DNA of 64,000 bases, taken from positions 1 through 64,000 of the IMG/VR virus record IMGVR_UViG_3300040751_002080. One strand, written 5' to 3'. Both the position numbers and the translations under genes were made by a program. Of this stretch, positions 38,520-47,872 are shown in pieces. The notes beneath the pieces were generated by a model. The model had not been told where the DNA came from and ran no database searches. It worked only from the letters and a program-made list of their open reading frames with translations. Within the stretch, counting starts at the first letter, position 1; each line of letters begins with the position of its first letter. The stretch is from a virus. Lineage: Duplodnaviria; Caudoviricetes.

Positions 38520-40146
38520 ACTTTTCCTTTAACCAATCAAAGTCATTGATGTTTTTTAGTGCTACAGTATTGCCTTTATTACGAGTACCGTATGCGGTTC
38601 CTGCTTTGGCACCTTGCAAAGCATCTTCTCCGAACGGAGTATCAGGTAATACATGCATACACCAAGTCCTTAAACGTTCATTAGTTTCCTTACTCTTTTG
38701 CCTATCAATGACTTTACTTGATAACTTTGCACATTCTCTAAATGCACTTTTCCATGCATTAAAAGGATCTGTATTAAATGCTGTGATATTTGAAACTTTT
38801 GGCATAGCTACAAACTTATCACTAATACTTGTAGTCATGTCGGGTTTGCTAGTGTCCATGTTGATAGTTTCGTGTTTCGGAAATAACTTAATACCTCCAT
38901 ATCCGTAAACCAATCCATTTACTGGATTTTTACTGCGCCATACGTGTACGTGATTATACTGCCAAGCAGGAACTTGCCAATCAAAATTAAAATCATCAAC
39001 AACTACGGCATCACCATCAACTATATAAAACATAGGTGTATCACACACTTTTGCTGCTTCAATATGTGCTTGATGTATTCCTTTAACTCCGTGTACTCTA
39101 TGTATTACTCTGTCTGGAAATCTAGTTTTTAGATTTTCAAAGTTTTCATCTGCATTTGGTTCTTGATAACTAATAAAAACTATATCATACAACACAGGTA
39201 TACTAGCTGCAATATCATGTTCTTTTTTATTAGCAATAAATCTAAATAGCCATTCACGTTCGCTAATTTTAGAATGTTTACTACAAAGTATAACTCCGTC
39301 ATGGAACTTACCATTTAAAAACATATGATTTATTTTTCTATCAAATACATTGTCATGTGGAAAATATTGATCAAAGTTAAAATCGTTAGATACAATGACA
39401 CTAGACGGAACAACATAAAACATTTCTGTAGCACTAGTCTCTAATGCTGACAAATATTCTTCATAGGTATCTATTGCAAATACATCATATTTTGTAGGTC
39501 CACTAGCTACTGTTTTGTGTTCAATTTTATTGACTATAAACCTGTGTTCAACTTCTTTTTTAGATAACTCAGATTTTTTACTACAAAGGAACAAGCCATT
39601 ATATAACTCTTTGTCATCAACTTGATGCACAAATGCATGATTTTGCGAAAGTAGTTGTACTTCACGATGTGGAATATAATAGTTGTTAACAAACTCTGTA
39701 TCAATACCAATATTAGCAGTACTCATCCAAAACATATCTGTTTCACTAGTTTCTAATGCAGACAAATAATCTGCATATGTATCAATGTTAAAAATATCAT
39801 ACGCACAAGGTCTGCTTGCTTGTATATCAACTTCTTTTTTATTAACAAAAAATCGATGTTGTAACTCTTTAACTGACACTTCTGAAGATTTTGGTATTAG
39901 ACAGACTCCATCATAATATTCATTGTTTTTGAATACATGTATGTACTCTGTACTCCATGCATCTGGCTCGTAATCAAAGTTAAAGTCATTGTTTATTATA
40001 ATGTCGGGCCAAACCACCCAAAACATTTTTGTTATACAAATACGCTTTGCATCATCTAGTGTGTTTGCATGTTTTAAAAGCGGAAATCGTTGTTTTGCAG
40101 ACTTCCACTGTTTGTTTTTTTCGCCAATAAAGATTATATCATACAT
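38503..40146 (-). CDS. GT-A fold glycosyltransferase-like protein with internal module repeats
   Basis: C-terminal YDIVFISYQEPNA..VKGIHQAH..IVDGD..YGYGGIKL..FRECAKL, paralogous to 46413, preceded by three degenerate YDxF modules. Confidence 0.7.
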   Translation of the reverse strand: MYDIIFIGEKNKQWKSAKQRFPLLKHANTLDDAKRICITKMFWVVWPDIIINNDFNFDYEPDAWSTEYIHVFKNNEYYDGVCLIPKSSEVSVKELQHRFFVNKKEVDIQASRPCAYDIFNIDTYADYLSALETSETDMFWMSTANIGIDTEFVNNYYIPHREVQLLSQNHAFVHQVDDKELYNGLFLCSKKSELSKKEVEHRFIVNKIEHKTVASGPTKYDVFAIDTYEEYLSALETSATEMFYVVPSSVIVSNDFNFDQYFPHDNVFDRKINHMFLNGKFHDGVILCSKHSKISEREWLFRFIANKKEHDIAASIPVLYDIVFISYQEPNADENFENLKTRFPDRVIHRVHGVKGIHQAHIEAAKVCDTPMFYIVDGDAVVVDDFNFDWQVPAWQYNHVHVWRSKNPVNGLVYGYGGIKLFPKHETINMDTSKPDMTTSISDKFVAMPKVSNITAFNTDPFNAWKSAFRECAKLSSKVIDRQKSKETNERLRTWCMHVLPDTPFGEDALQGAKAGTAYGTRNKGNTVALKNINDFDWLKEKYDGNT

Positions 40147-40153
40147 ACTACTA

Positions 40154-40182
40154 GTTATAACATATTTTAATCAACAAGTCAA
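40154..40182 (-). promoter_or_regulatory. Sigma70-type promoter, possibly leaderless
   Basis: Minus strand TTGACT-N17-TATAAC with TGn extension. The ATG at 40146 lies 7 nt downstream. Confidence 0.55.
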
Positions 40183-40194
40183 GAACAGAATGTG

Positions 40195-40201
40195 ATAAAT
40201 A
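40195..40201 (+). promoter_or_regulatory. Possible T4-like late promoter (ATAAATA)
   Basis: GATAAATA, then GAGGAA SD and ATG at 40225. Confidence 0.45.
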
Positions 40202-40224
40202 CTAGAGAAGAGGAACCAACAAAA

Positions 40225-41640
40225 ATGACCGATTTTATACCAGGTGAAGCATACCGACTAGATATTATTACAGCAGACGAGACAGTGATTGTCGACAGCT
40301 GGCAGGGACAGATTAAAGCAAGTGTTGTTGATATCAATGGTATTATACTAGTCGATGTTGATACTGGAAAATTATACGGTACGTTGGTTGGTACCATTGA
40401 AGACGCTAACGGCAATAATGTTTTATCCTCAACAGGTGATCTAACTGGTAGTGTTACTGGTAGTGTATACGACAACGACGGTGCTTTAGCATTTGATGGC
40501 GAAAACGGAACGGTTATTGCTAATGTTGTTGGCAATGTTGTAGATAGCGAAGGCGATATTATTGTTAATACCGGAGCAAGATCTATTATAGCAGATAGTA
40601 TTACTGGCTCATTTTATGGTGACTTAACAGGTAGTATCACAGCAGATAGTGTAATATACGGTACATTTAATGGCGATTTTAACGGTACAAGTTATGGAGA
40701 CTTTTTTGGGGATACTACAGGTACACACACAGGCGATGTAGTAGGTGATGTAGTAGGTGATGTAACAGGTAATGTCACAGGCAATCTTACCGGCGAACTA
40801 CTTGCTATCCAGCCAGGCGATGATATTGCTACACGTCTTACCGGACATAACAACACTGGCGGATACAATCAGTGGGAGTTTTACGGTGGACTTGCACACC
40901 CAGTGTATCCTGCAGAAGATGCAGTTGCACGTGGTCCTATAGTAAATATTGGTGCAACTAGAGCCGACACAGAAGTAAGAGCCAACTTAAATCATTATGA
41001 TGGCACGCCAGTGATGAGATTGTCTTTGGAGAGTTTGCCGACTTACAAAGCCGATTTCATAGGAAGACTTGTTGGAGCAGTTGCATACGATACACAAGGC
41101 GATAATGGTATTACTAATATTATATCCGGAGAAAGCAACGGTACACTTATTAGTGGCATAAATGATAAGATAAATATTGGTGGTGAAAATGACGAAGTAA
41201 ATATCATTGCCGATAGTCTAACTATACAAACGGATTCAATAGACTCGCTTTCGCATAGAGGATCAAATAATAACAAAACATCTCTACTAAACAATGACGA
41301 ACTTTTAAGTATTGAAAGTTGGGGTTACAACGGAACTGAATACAAACGAGGCGGAATGTTTGGATTTAAAGTTGACGGCACACCTGATGCAAACGGAAAT
41401 ACCATACCAACAGGGTTTGGTGTTCAGCTGAGTACATCTACTAGTACACACGTTACAAATATAGCAAACAGACTAGAGTTTAATAACAAAGGTGTATTAG
41501 AAGTTCCAATATTTAAAGCAAGAGGCACCACATTTGCCGACAGAGATAGTATGATAGCAGAAGCAGGCATGATATTATTTAATACTAGCAACAACAAGTT
41601 TCAAGGCTATGATGGAATATCTTGGGTTGACTTACATTAA
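40225..41640 (+). CDS. Virion fibre-like structural protein
   Basis: Gly-periodic repeats (GDVVGDVVGDVTGNVTGNLTG) and a C-terminal GMILFNTSNNKFQGYDG.W motif typical of phage fibres. Start placed at the SD-preceded ATG 40225. Confidence 0.65.
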   Translation: MTDFIPGEAYRLDIITADETVIVDSWQGQIKASVVDINGIILVDVDTGKLYGTLVGTIEDANGNNVLSSTGDLTGSVTGSVYDNDGALAFDGENGTVIANVVGNVVDSEGDIIVNTGARSIIADSITGSFYGDLTGSITADSVIYGTFNGDFNGTSYGDFFGDTTGTHTGDVVGDVVGDVTGNVTGNLTGELLAIQPGDDIATRLTGHNNTGGYNQWEFYGGLAHPVYPAEDAVARGPIVNIGATRADTEVRANLNHYDGTPVMRLSLESLPTYKADFIGRLVGAVAYDTQGDNGITNIISGESNGTLISGINDKINIGGENDEVNIIADSLTIQTDSIDSLSHRGSNNNKTSLLNNDELLSIESWGYNGTEYKRGGMFGFKVDGTPDANGNTIPTGFGVQLSTSTSTHVTNIANRLEFNNKGVLEVPIFKARGTTFADRDSMIAEAGMILFNTSNNKFQGYDGISWVDLH

Positions 41641-41655
41641 ATAATATGCTATAGT
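41627..41655 (+). promoter_or_regulatory. Sigma70-type promoter with extended -10
   Basis: TTGACT(41627-32)-N17-TATAGT(41650-55), TGc extension. AAGGAAA SD before ATG 41693. Confidence 0.7.
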
Positions 41656-41692
41656 AACAACATAATAAAGTATTGTTAAAGGAAATTAAAAT

Positions 41693-41911
41693 ATGTTGTT
41701 TGAATGGAATCACTTAAAAAAAGCAAACGCTAACTATTTTACTCATTGTTTTATTGCAGTTTGTTATAGTTTTATCGGTCTTGGTATTTTTGCATTAGGA
41801 ATACTACATGCATTTTTTCCGTTTATGTTTGGATTTACACCCTATAAACTTGCTAAGAAAATCACAGATGGTACTGAAAAAAACTTTCCTGCGTGTATTA
41901 ACGAGAAATAA
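41693..41911 (+). CDS. Small membrane protein (DUF6356-like)
   Basis: HL..NYF.H..A and GILHAFFPFMF hydrophobic pattern, with SD. Confidence 0.6.
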   Translation: MLFEWNHLKKANANYFTHCFIAVCYSFIGLGIFALGILHAFFPFMFGFTPYKLAKKITDGTEKNFPACINEK

Positions 41912-42970
41912 ATGAAGATATTCATAGACGGTGAACAAATATCTCAACAGTGGATCAGTGACTATACGTTAAGTAGTCCTGTAGATTGCTATAGTGATAA
42001 ACCCGACTGGGAACAAAATGTACTAAAACTGTTGCACAACTGGTATTCAAATTCTGGATACAGCTACGGTTATAGAGGCGATAAGTTTTTAAATCTTAGT
42101 ACAAGCGGCACAACCGGATTTCCACAACATATTGGTCATTCAAGAGAAACTATCGAACAAGTTGTTGATTCTAATATTAAAATACTAGGGTTAGATAAAA
42201 ATAGTAAAATATTAAGTTACTATTCACCTCGTGGTATTGCGTTTAGTGTGCTAAGTGTGTATCTTGCATTGAAACTAGATTGCGAACTATACATTGAAAC
42301 ATTCAAAGGCATTGACTATATAAATCGTGTACACGAAATACGTCCAACACACACATTGTTATTGCCTAATGTTTGGAAAACATTATACACACACGACAAA
42401 TGGAAAACACTAGATTATAGTAGTTTACAAACTGTTATTACAGGTAGTGACTTTACACCAATAGGAATGTTAGACGAACTACGTGAACACAATCCAGACA
42501 AAGTATACAATGTATATGGCAGTACTGAAGTGCCTCCTATAGTATTGTACAGTGAAGAAGAAAACACATACACAATAGACAGTATTGTTCCTGGAGCAGA
42601 AGTAGATATTGTAAATGGACAGATTGCTTGTAAATGGAGTAGCCAATCAGACATCTGGATAAGTGGCGATTGTGTTGAAGGAGATAGGAATCGGTTTACA
42701 CTAAATGGGCGTGTTCCAAATATGTTTAAACAAAATACAGTACGTGTGTATCCCGAACAAATAGAAAAAGCGGCGGTTGCAGCTGGAGCAGAACTTGCAC
42801 TGTGTCAACAAGTTAAAAATCAGTGTGTGTTACACTATACAGGCAATATAAATGATTTAAAAACATTTAACGACACTTACAAATATATTCCAAGATTTAG
42901 ACTACGGGCAGTAGATCATATTGCAGTAGATGACAATCTTAAAAAGATTATAAGGACACAAACATTTTGA
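41912..42970 (+). CDS. ANL-superfamily adenylating enzyme (acyl-CoA ligase-like), shortened
   Basis: STSGTTGFP P-loop, YGSTE, SGD, GR, VYPEQIE. Confidence 0.8.
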   Translation: MKIFIDGEQISQQWISDYTLSSPVDCYSDKPDWEQNVLKLLHNWYSNSGYSYGYRGDKFLNLSTSGTTGFPQHIGHSRETIEQVVDSNIKILGLDKNSKILSYYSPRGIAFSVLSVYLALKLDCELYIETFKGIDYINRVHEIRPTHTLLLPNVWKTLYTHDKWKTLDYSSLQTVITGSDFTPIGMLDELREHNPDKVYNVYGSTEVPPIVLYSEEENTYTIDSIVPGAEVDIVNGQIACKWSSQSDIWISGDCVEGDRNRFTLNGRVPNMFKQNTVRVYPEQIEKAAVAAGAELALCQQVKNQCVLHYTGNINDLKTFNDTYKYIPRFRLRAVDHIAVDDNLKKIIRTQTF

Positions 42971-44463
42971 GAATAATAGTTTTAGGTGCCGGAACAGCTG
43001 GTGCGATTGCTGCAGGTATCATAAAAAAACGCAGACCTGATATTGAAGTTTTACAAATTCACAGTGAACAAGTTGGTATTATCGGAGTCGGCGAAAGTGT
43101 TACTCCTTATTTAAATCATGCATTCCACGAACTTGGTATGGTTGAAAAAGATTGGATGACTGCAACTGGTAGTATGTACAAACTAGGAAACAAGTTTGAA
43201 GGATGGACAGACGAAGATCATTACTTTGCATTTACATACAACAAGCCTATTGATAAACTTATTAATAATAAACCTATAGACTGGAATGATATCAAAAGTA
43301 TAAACGAAACTGATATTAGACTTACTGACGTATGGTGTGATTTGTACAATCAAGGAATGGTAAACAACTTTAGTGCAAGTTTTAATGATTTGCACAATTC
43401 ATTAGTCGACAATACATTTGATTTTAAGTTACTTGATCGCACTTGTCTCAACTACAGTTATCATATTAATGCAGAAAAACTTGCACCTTACATAAGAAAA
43501 AATATTAATAATAAACTTGGTGTAATAGAAATAGAAGGTAAAGTTGTCAAAGTTAATACCAACGACAACGGTGTACACAGTGTTGAGATGGAAAACGGAG
43601 AAGTATATACGTCCGATTACTGGTTTGATTGCAGTGGATTTAATAGATTACTAATCAACGAACTTGACGATAGCTTTCATACATACGACTATTGTAAAGC
43701 AAATAGTGCAGTAGTAATGCCAATAGAATACACTTCGCAAGACCAACTAACAAATCATACTAGAACTATTTGGTTAGAACAAGGATGGCAGTTTAAAATA
43801 GGATTAACCGAACGTATCGGAACTGGTATTATTTACAGTGATGAATATTTTAGCGATGAAGAAATAAAACAACTATTGTTAGAAAAAGAAAATCATAAAA
43901 ACATCCGTCCACCAAAAATACTAAAATGGACGCCTGGTAGAATGGTCAATCCTGCTATAGATAATGTGTTTAGTATAGGAATGGCAGCAGGATTCTGCGA
44001 GCCAATGGAAGCAAATGCGTTATACATTACAATGGCAACTATTAAAAGAGCATTACACAGTATTAACCAAGACGAAAATAGAAATACATTTAACAAAGTT
44101 ATCAATCATACACTAGACGATACTGCATTTTTTATTGCCGCACATTATACACTTTGTGAAAAAGGTAATAACGCATACTGGAATGATATGCGTGAAATAG
44201 GTATAAAACAAAATCACAAGCAACTATTACTGGAAAAGTACAACGATGTAAAAAATAATATGGAAAGTGCTGTAAATCATTATACAATGTATCCAGATTA
44301 CATGTGGATGGAACTAGCATCGGCATGGTGTAAAGACATTAGTACTTGGAGTAAAAATACAGATCCTAGACTACAGCAGCAAGTTTTAGAATATTTTAGA
44401 AAATCAAAAAGTATCACAACCAATCAATATCCAGAAGAAATGAGGAAGTTTCATAATGTATAG
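42967..44463 (+). CDS. Flavin-dependent tryptophan-halogenase-family protein
   Basis: GAGTAG, IGVGES, MYKLG (catalytic Lys position), FDCSG, GWQFKIG, FCEPMEA. TTG start overlapping the upstream TGA. Confidence 0.85.
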   Translation: MRIIVLGAGTAGAIAAGIIKKRRPDIEVLQIHSEQVGIIGVGESVTPYLNHAFHELGMVEKDWMTATGSMYKLGNKFEGWTDEDHYFAFTYNKPIDKLINNKPIDWNDIKSINETDIRLTDVWCDLYNQGMVNNFSASFNDLHNSLVDNTFDFKLLDRTCLNYSYHINAEKLAPYIRKNINNKLGVIEIEGKVVKVNTNDNGVHSVEMENGEVYTSDYWFDCSGFNRLLINELDDSFHTYDYCKANSAVVMPIEYTSQDQLTNHTRTIWLEQGWQFKIGLTERIGTGIIYSDEYFSDEEIKQLLLEKENHKNIRPPKILKWTPGRMVNPAIDNVFSIGMAAGFCEPMEANALYITMATIKRALHSINQDENRNTFNKVINHTLDDTAFFIAAHYTLCEKGNNAYWNDMREIGIKQNHKQLLLEKYNDVKNNMESAVNHYTMYPDYMWMELASAWCKDISTWSKNTDPRLQQQVLEYFRKSKSITTNQYPEEMRKFHNV

Positions 44464-45043
44464 ATTTGAAATATACAACGGCACACAAGATTTAACACAA
44501 TGGTATAAGGATGCCGAAGAAAAAGGTTACTATAATAATAGCAACAAAGAGATGCTAGTTGACTGGGTTGAAAAACATGAAGACGCAACACTGTTTTTGT
44601 TGTACTACAATGAACATATTGTAGGCAATAGTGTTGTTCATAGTTTAAAAGAGCTGGGAATACTTGGTAAAAATGCATATCGCATTGGCGCAAGAACTTG
44701 TTTGATTAGAGACAGAATTGACGGTGGCAGAGTTTATGCTCCAGCTAATGGCCCAGTAAATCATCATACTGTGCAAATGTTACTTCCTATATGTATCGAA
44801 CATGTAGGAAGAGACAAGCCTGTGTATATTAGTACACACGAAGGCGGAGTGGGAAGTCAAGACCGTGTACACAAAGTGTGGACATATTTTACAAACAAAC
44901 TAGGCATCACCGGTGACAGCATTGATTTAGAATACAAAGGTGCATTCCAAACTTTTAGACGGATTGATGTTGATAGGATGTATGATTTACTAAAAGAAGC
45001 AAGATGGCCCGAGGCAGAGCAAGCTATTCCACTGTTTAGTTAA
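44456..45043 (+). CDS. Hypothetical protein, possibly GNAT-like
   Basis: Coupled to the halogenase. FLLYYNEHIVG..YRIGART strand pattern, weak. Confidence 0.5.
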   Translation: MYRFEIYNGTQDLTQWYKDAEEKGYYNNSNKEMLVDWVEKHEDATLFLLYYNEHIVGNSVVHSLKELGILGKNAYRIGARTCLIRDRIDGGRVYAPANGPVNHHTVQMLLPICIEHVGRDKPVYISTHEGGVGSQDRVHKVWTYFTNKLGITGDSIDLEYKGAFQTFRRIDVDRMYDLLKEARWPEAEQAIPLFS

Positions 45044-46413
45044 ACGTATTTCTTACAAAGTTCAAAAAAGTCTGACATCTCTGGAAAAACTTGTTCATGA
45101 TCTACATTACGTCTACGACCTTGCTCTTCAAAGAAGTTGTGAAAATCTCTACGTCCTTGAATAACTTTATCTAATGGATATTCAGTAGACTCCATGTAAT
45201 CAACAACACGTCTAAACTTTTCATACTCAATAGTACTAAACGCATCTTTGCGATTATCATCTGTATTCTCTTTGATAAACTGCAAATGATCATGCATATA
45301 ACTCATGTAGTTTTTAGGCAGGATATTAATATCGTACTGCAACGGTTCTTTCAAATGCGGTGTGTCAAATCCTAATCGTTGCCATCTGTGCGTTTCTACA
45401 TCATTATATTTTTTGCGCCATTCAAGAATCTTTTCAAGCAATGTACGGAATGTAGTGACACTGAAGATGTTAAATGTAATCATAATAACCATCGGTGCTT
45501 CGCAGTTGCGCATAAAATAATCCAAGTTGCGTTCAAACACTTCAATGTCTAATCCATCACGAATATACTCAGCACGTTTTCCCCAAGTATCAATACTTGT
45601 AAACATTTTAAAACGTCTAATCTTGTTGTTTGTCAACAAGTCATTCACACGGTTTGTAAACTTTTCTAACTGTTTTGGTTTGCCGCCTAAGTTGCTGTTG
45701 CAGTTTAGTTCTAAATCTGGTTTAGGGTCTGCATCCAGCATATCAAATAGTTTATATGTGCTCTGCTGTATTGTAGGCTCGCCGCCTGTAATGCGTAAAA
45801 TATGTAAGTCTTTACTTAACTCTGGCCACCACTTCCAAAATGCATCTAAATACGGATTGTTTTGTTCTTCGAATATTTCAAACCAGTCAATATCACATCT
45901 GTGATTCTTTACGTTTGTGTAAGGCCCGTGTTGCTTGATCTCTTGATGATATCTGCTGCTGGCTTTTGGATGACAATATCCACAGCGGAAGTTACATTCA
46001 TTACCAAACGAGACTTCCAAGTATTCAGGATTAACATCAAACTCTGCGCCGCCTTCTTTAACAGCTTTCAAGCGTTCTTTAAAGAAGATAGTTTGGTTGC
46101 GTTGTTTTCTATCGCTAACATAATCTTTGCCCATTGCTTCAATCTTCCAGCAATAGTTACATCCGCTAGGTTGCTCGCCTTTCATCATAGCAGCACGTTC
46201 TGCTTTTTTCTGTACTGTATTATGAATAGCACTCGGATTAGTTAGAAGTGGCGCTGCATCAATCTTGTGCGGGGCAGGATGATAACAACTGTGTGTCTCT
46301 CCTGTTTGGAAATAAATGTTTGCGTGATACCATTTAGCAAAACAAAACGTAGGAGATATTTCCTGCGTGATTTTATCAATCCGCTTGATTTCTTCGCTTT
46401 CGCTGCGTTCCAT
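45040..46413 (-). CDS. Radical SAM protein with N-terminal twitch-like module
   Basis: FCFAKW..SCYH..CNYC, CNFRCGYC, TGGEPT. Confidence 0.9.
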   Translation of the reverse strand: MERSESEEIKRIDKITQEISPTFCFAKWYHANIYFQTGETHSCYHPAPHKIDAAPLLTNPSAIHNTVQKKAERAAMMKGEQPSGCNYCWKIEAMGKDYVSDRKQRNQTIFFKERLKAVKEGGAEFDVNPEYLEVSFGNECNFRCGYCHPKASSRYHQEIKQHGPYTNVKNHRCDIDWFEIFEEQNNPYLDAFWKWWPELSKDLHILRITGGEPTIQQSTYKLFDMLDADPKPDLELNCNSNLGGKPKQLEKFTNRVNDLLTNNKIRRFKMFTSIDTWGKRAEYIRDGLDIEVFERNLDYFMRNCEAPMVIMITFNIFSVTTFRTLLEKILEWRKKYNDVETHRWQRLGFDTPHLKEPLQYDINILPKNYMSYMHDHLQFIKENTDDNRKDAFSTIEYEKFRRVVDYMESTEYPLDKVIQGRRDFHNFFEEQGRRRNVDHEQVFPEMSDFFELCKKYV

Positions 46414-47336
46414 TATTGCTCTCTATCTAAGAATTGTTTGCTGTTATCTCGTGCTGGATTTTGATATACTGTTTTAAAGAATAGACTTTGATTTCCATCA
46501 AGTGGTTCAGAAGCAATGGGCAACTCAAGTTCATCTATTAGCGAATATCCAAGTTCAACAGTACTGGCTTCCATTTGATCTTCATCCATGTCTTTAGTAT
46601 CCCAATACTCATTAAGCCACTCAAAATCACGTACATTTACAAAGTCCCAATCTGTACACATTGTTTTGTACAAGCCTTCTCGTGCGCCGTATATTGCCCA
46701 ACGTCCGTTTTCTACATCTGCGCCTACCATCAGCCAGATATACAACCGATGCAAGTTCTTCCAGTGATTTTTATGGAAGTCTTCTACACTAACACGCATA
46801 CCTTGGTCAAGTGCCATTTTAACACCTTCTCTAAATCCAGCACGCCATGCTTGATGAGGTGTAGCATTATTCATAATAGTACTATATGTACCATTCATCT
46901 GAATATATTGTGTATCCCAACAAAAATCTACTTGTGCATGTGGGTTATTATCAGGCGCATTTTCGTGTGTACGCATGTTCAATACATGCTGTTTAGGCCA
47001 ACACTTGATGCCACCATTTCCGTATGTGAGGTTATTGATAGTATTAAGTGCAGTCCAACTAATGACTTTATTAGTCAAGTCAGTGTTTTCATCAAAGTCC
47101 ATTGTTTGAGACAAAAACTTTTCATCAATAATATTATCGCCGTCTATTGTAATAAACCTATCAGTAGTTGATTTGTTAGCGGCTGCTTTGTGTGCGCTGT
47201 CACTGCCTTTGACACCGTGTACACGTTCAGCCCATGGAACTTTCTTACACAAATCTGCATAGTTTTGTTCTGCATTTGGCTCATCGTAGCTTAGATATAT
47301 AATGTCACAATCTATAACTCTAAAAGTATTAGCCAT
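46413..47336 (-). CDS. GT-A fold glycosyltransferase-like protein
   Basis: DIIYLSYDEPNA, VKGSDSAH, IDGD (DxD), YGNGGIK, FREGVKM. Confidence 0.7.
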   Translation of the reverse strand: MANTFRVIDCDIIYLSYDEPNAEQNYADLCKKVPWAERVHGVKGSDSAHKAAANKSTTDRFITIDGDNIIDEKFLSQTMDFDENTDLTNKVISWTALNTINNLTYGNGGIKCWPKQHVLNMRTHENAPDNNPHAQVDFCWDTQYIQMNGTYSTIMNNATPHQAWRAGFREGVKMALDQGMRVSVEDFHKNHWKNLHRLYIWLMVGADVENGRWAIYGAREGLYKTMCTDWDFVNVRDFEWLNEYWDTKDMDEDQMEASTVELGYSLIDELELPIASEPLDGNQSLFFKTVYQNPARDNSKQFLDREQ

Positions 47337-47871
47337 TTATTTCCTCATAATGATATGTATCAAACCTACGCATAGTATATACGGAAACTTCCTCATTGTC
47401 AAACTCAAAATCATTTTCAAATGCAACTTCATCTGAATCAACAAATCTTATCAATCTGTATAGTACATTAGGATCATCTTTTTTGGTTATACTAAAATAA
47501 TAGTTTGAAAGATTTATGTTAACGTTTTTGTCTTTGAGATCTAATAAAAAATCAGAGTCTGCAGATATTCTCCAAACATTTTTTGTATTATCTTTTGAAA
47601 GGATTATCTGCGGGTTGTCTGGAATAGTTGCAGGGATTTGATATAAAAAACTCCACATTAGTTTATCTTCATCAACTTGTGTTTGATTTTTAATATGATA
47701 AGTTTTATCAATAAAATCATATTCAACTTTATAGTCTAATAAACTCCAATGTCCTTCAATAAACTTTTTAACGTCTTCAAAATCGCATTCAATAAACTTG
47801 AATCTATCATCAGATTCTTTTGATATCTTATAGATGTTTCCGTCATCATCAAAACATACAAATCTTTTCAT
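47329..47871 (-). CDS. Hypothetical protein
   Basis: 180-aa acidic ORF coupled to its neighbours. Confidence 0.7.
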   Translation of the reverse strand: MKRFVCFDDDGNIYKISKESDDRFKFIECDFEDVKKFIEGHWSLLDYKVEYDFIDKTYHIKNQTQVDEDKLMWSFLYQIPATIPDNPQIILSKDNTKNVWRISADSDFLLDLKDKNVNINLSNYYFSITKKDDPNVLYRLIRFVDSDEVAFENDFEFDNEEVSVYTMRRFDTYHYEEING

Positions 47872-47872
47872 A

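Noticed and set aside
40192-40224. Track start codons at 40192, and likewise 20133, 27257, 34426, 63972 and 336
   Set aside because: Better starts are indicated by SD position or ATGA coupling, or the frame simply continues beyond the window edge.
40730-40795. 12-bp tandem repeats (ggtgatgtagta), with a similar run near 56340-56375
   Set aside because: They encode the Gly-x-x-x periodic repeats common in phage fibres and are not a separate DNA element.
46575-47171. 198-aa plus-strand ORF and the many other short antisense or alternate-frame ORFs in the track
   Set aside because: They lie wholly within motif-bearing genes, have atypical composition and lack SDs. They are shadow ORFs.
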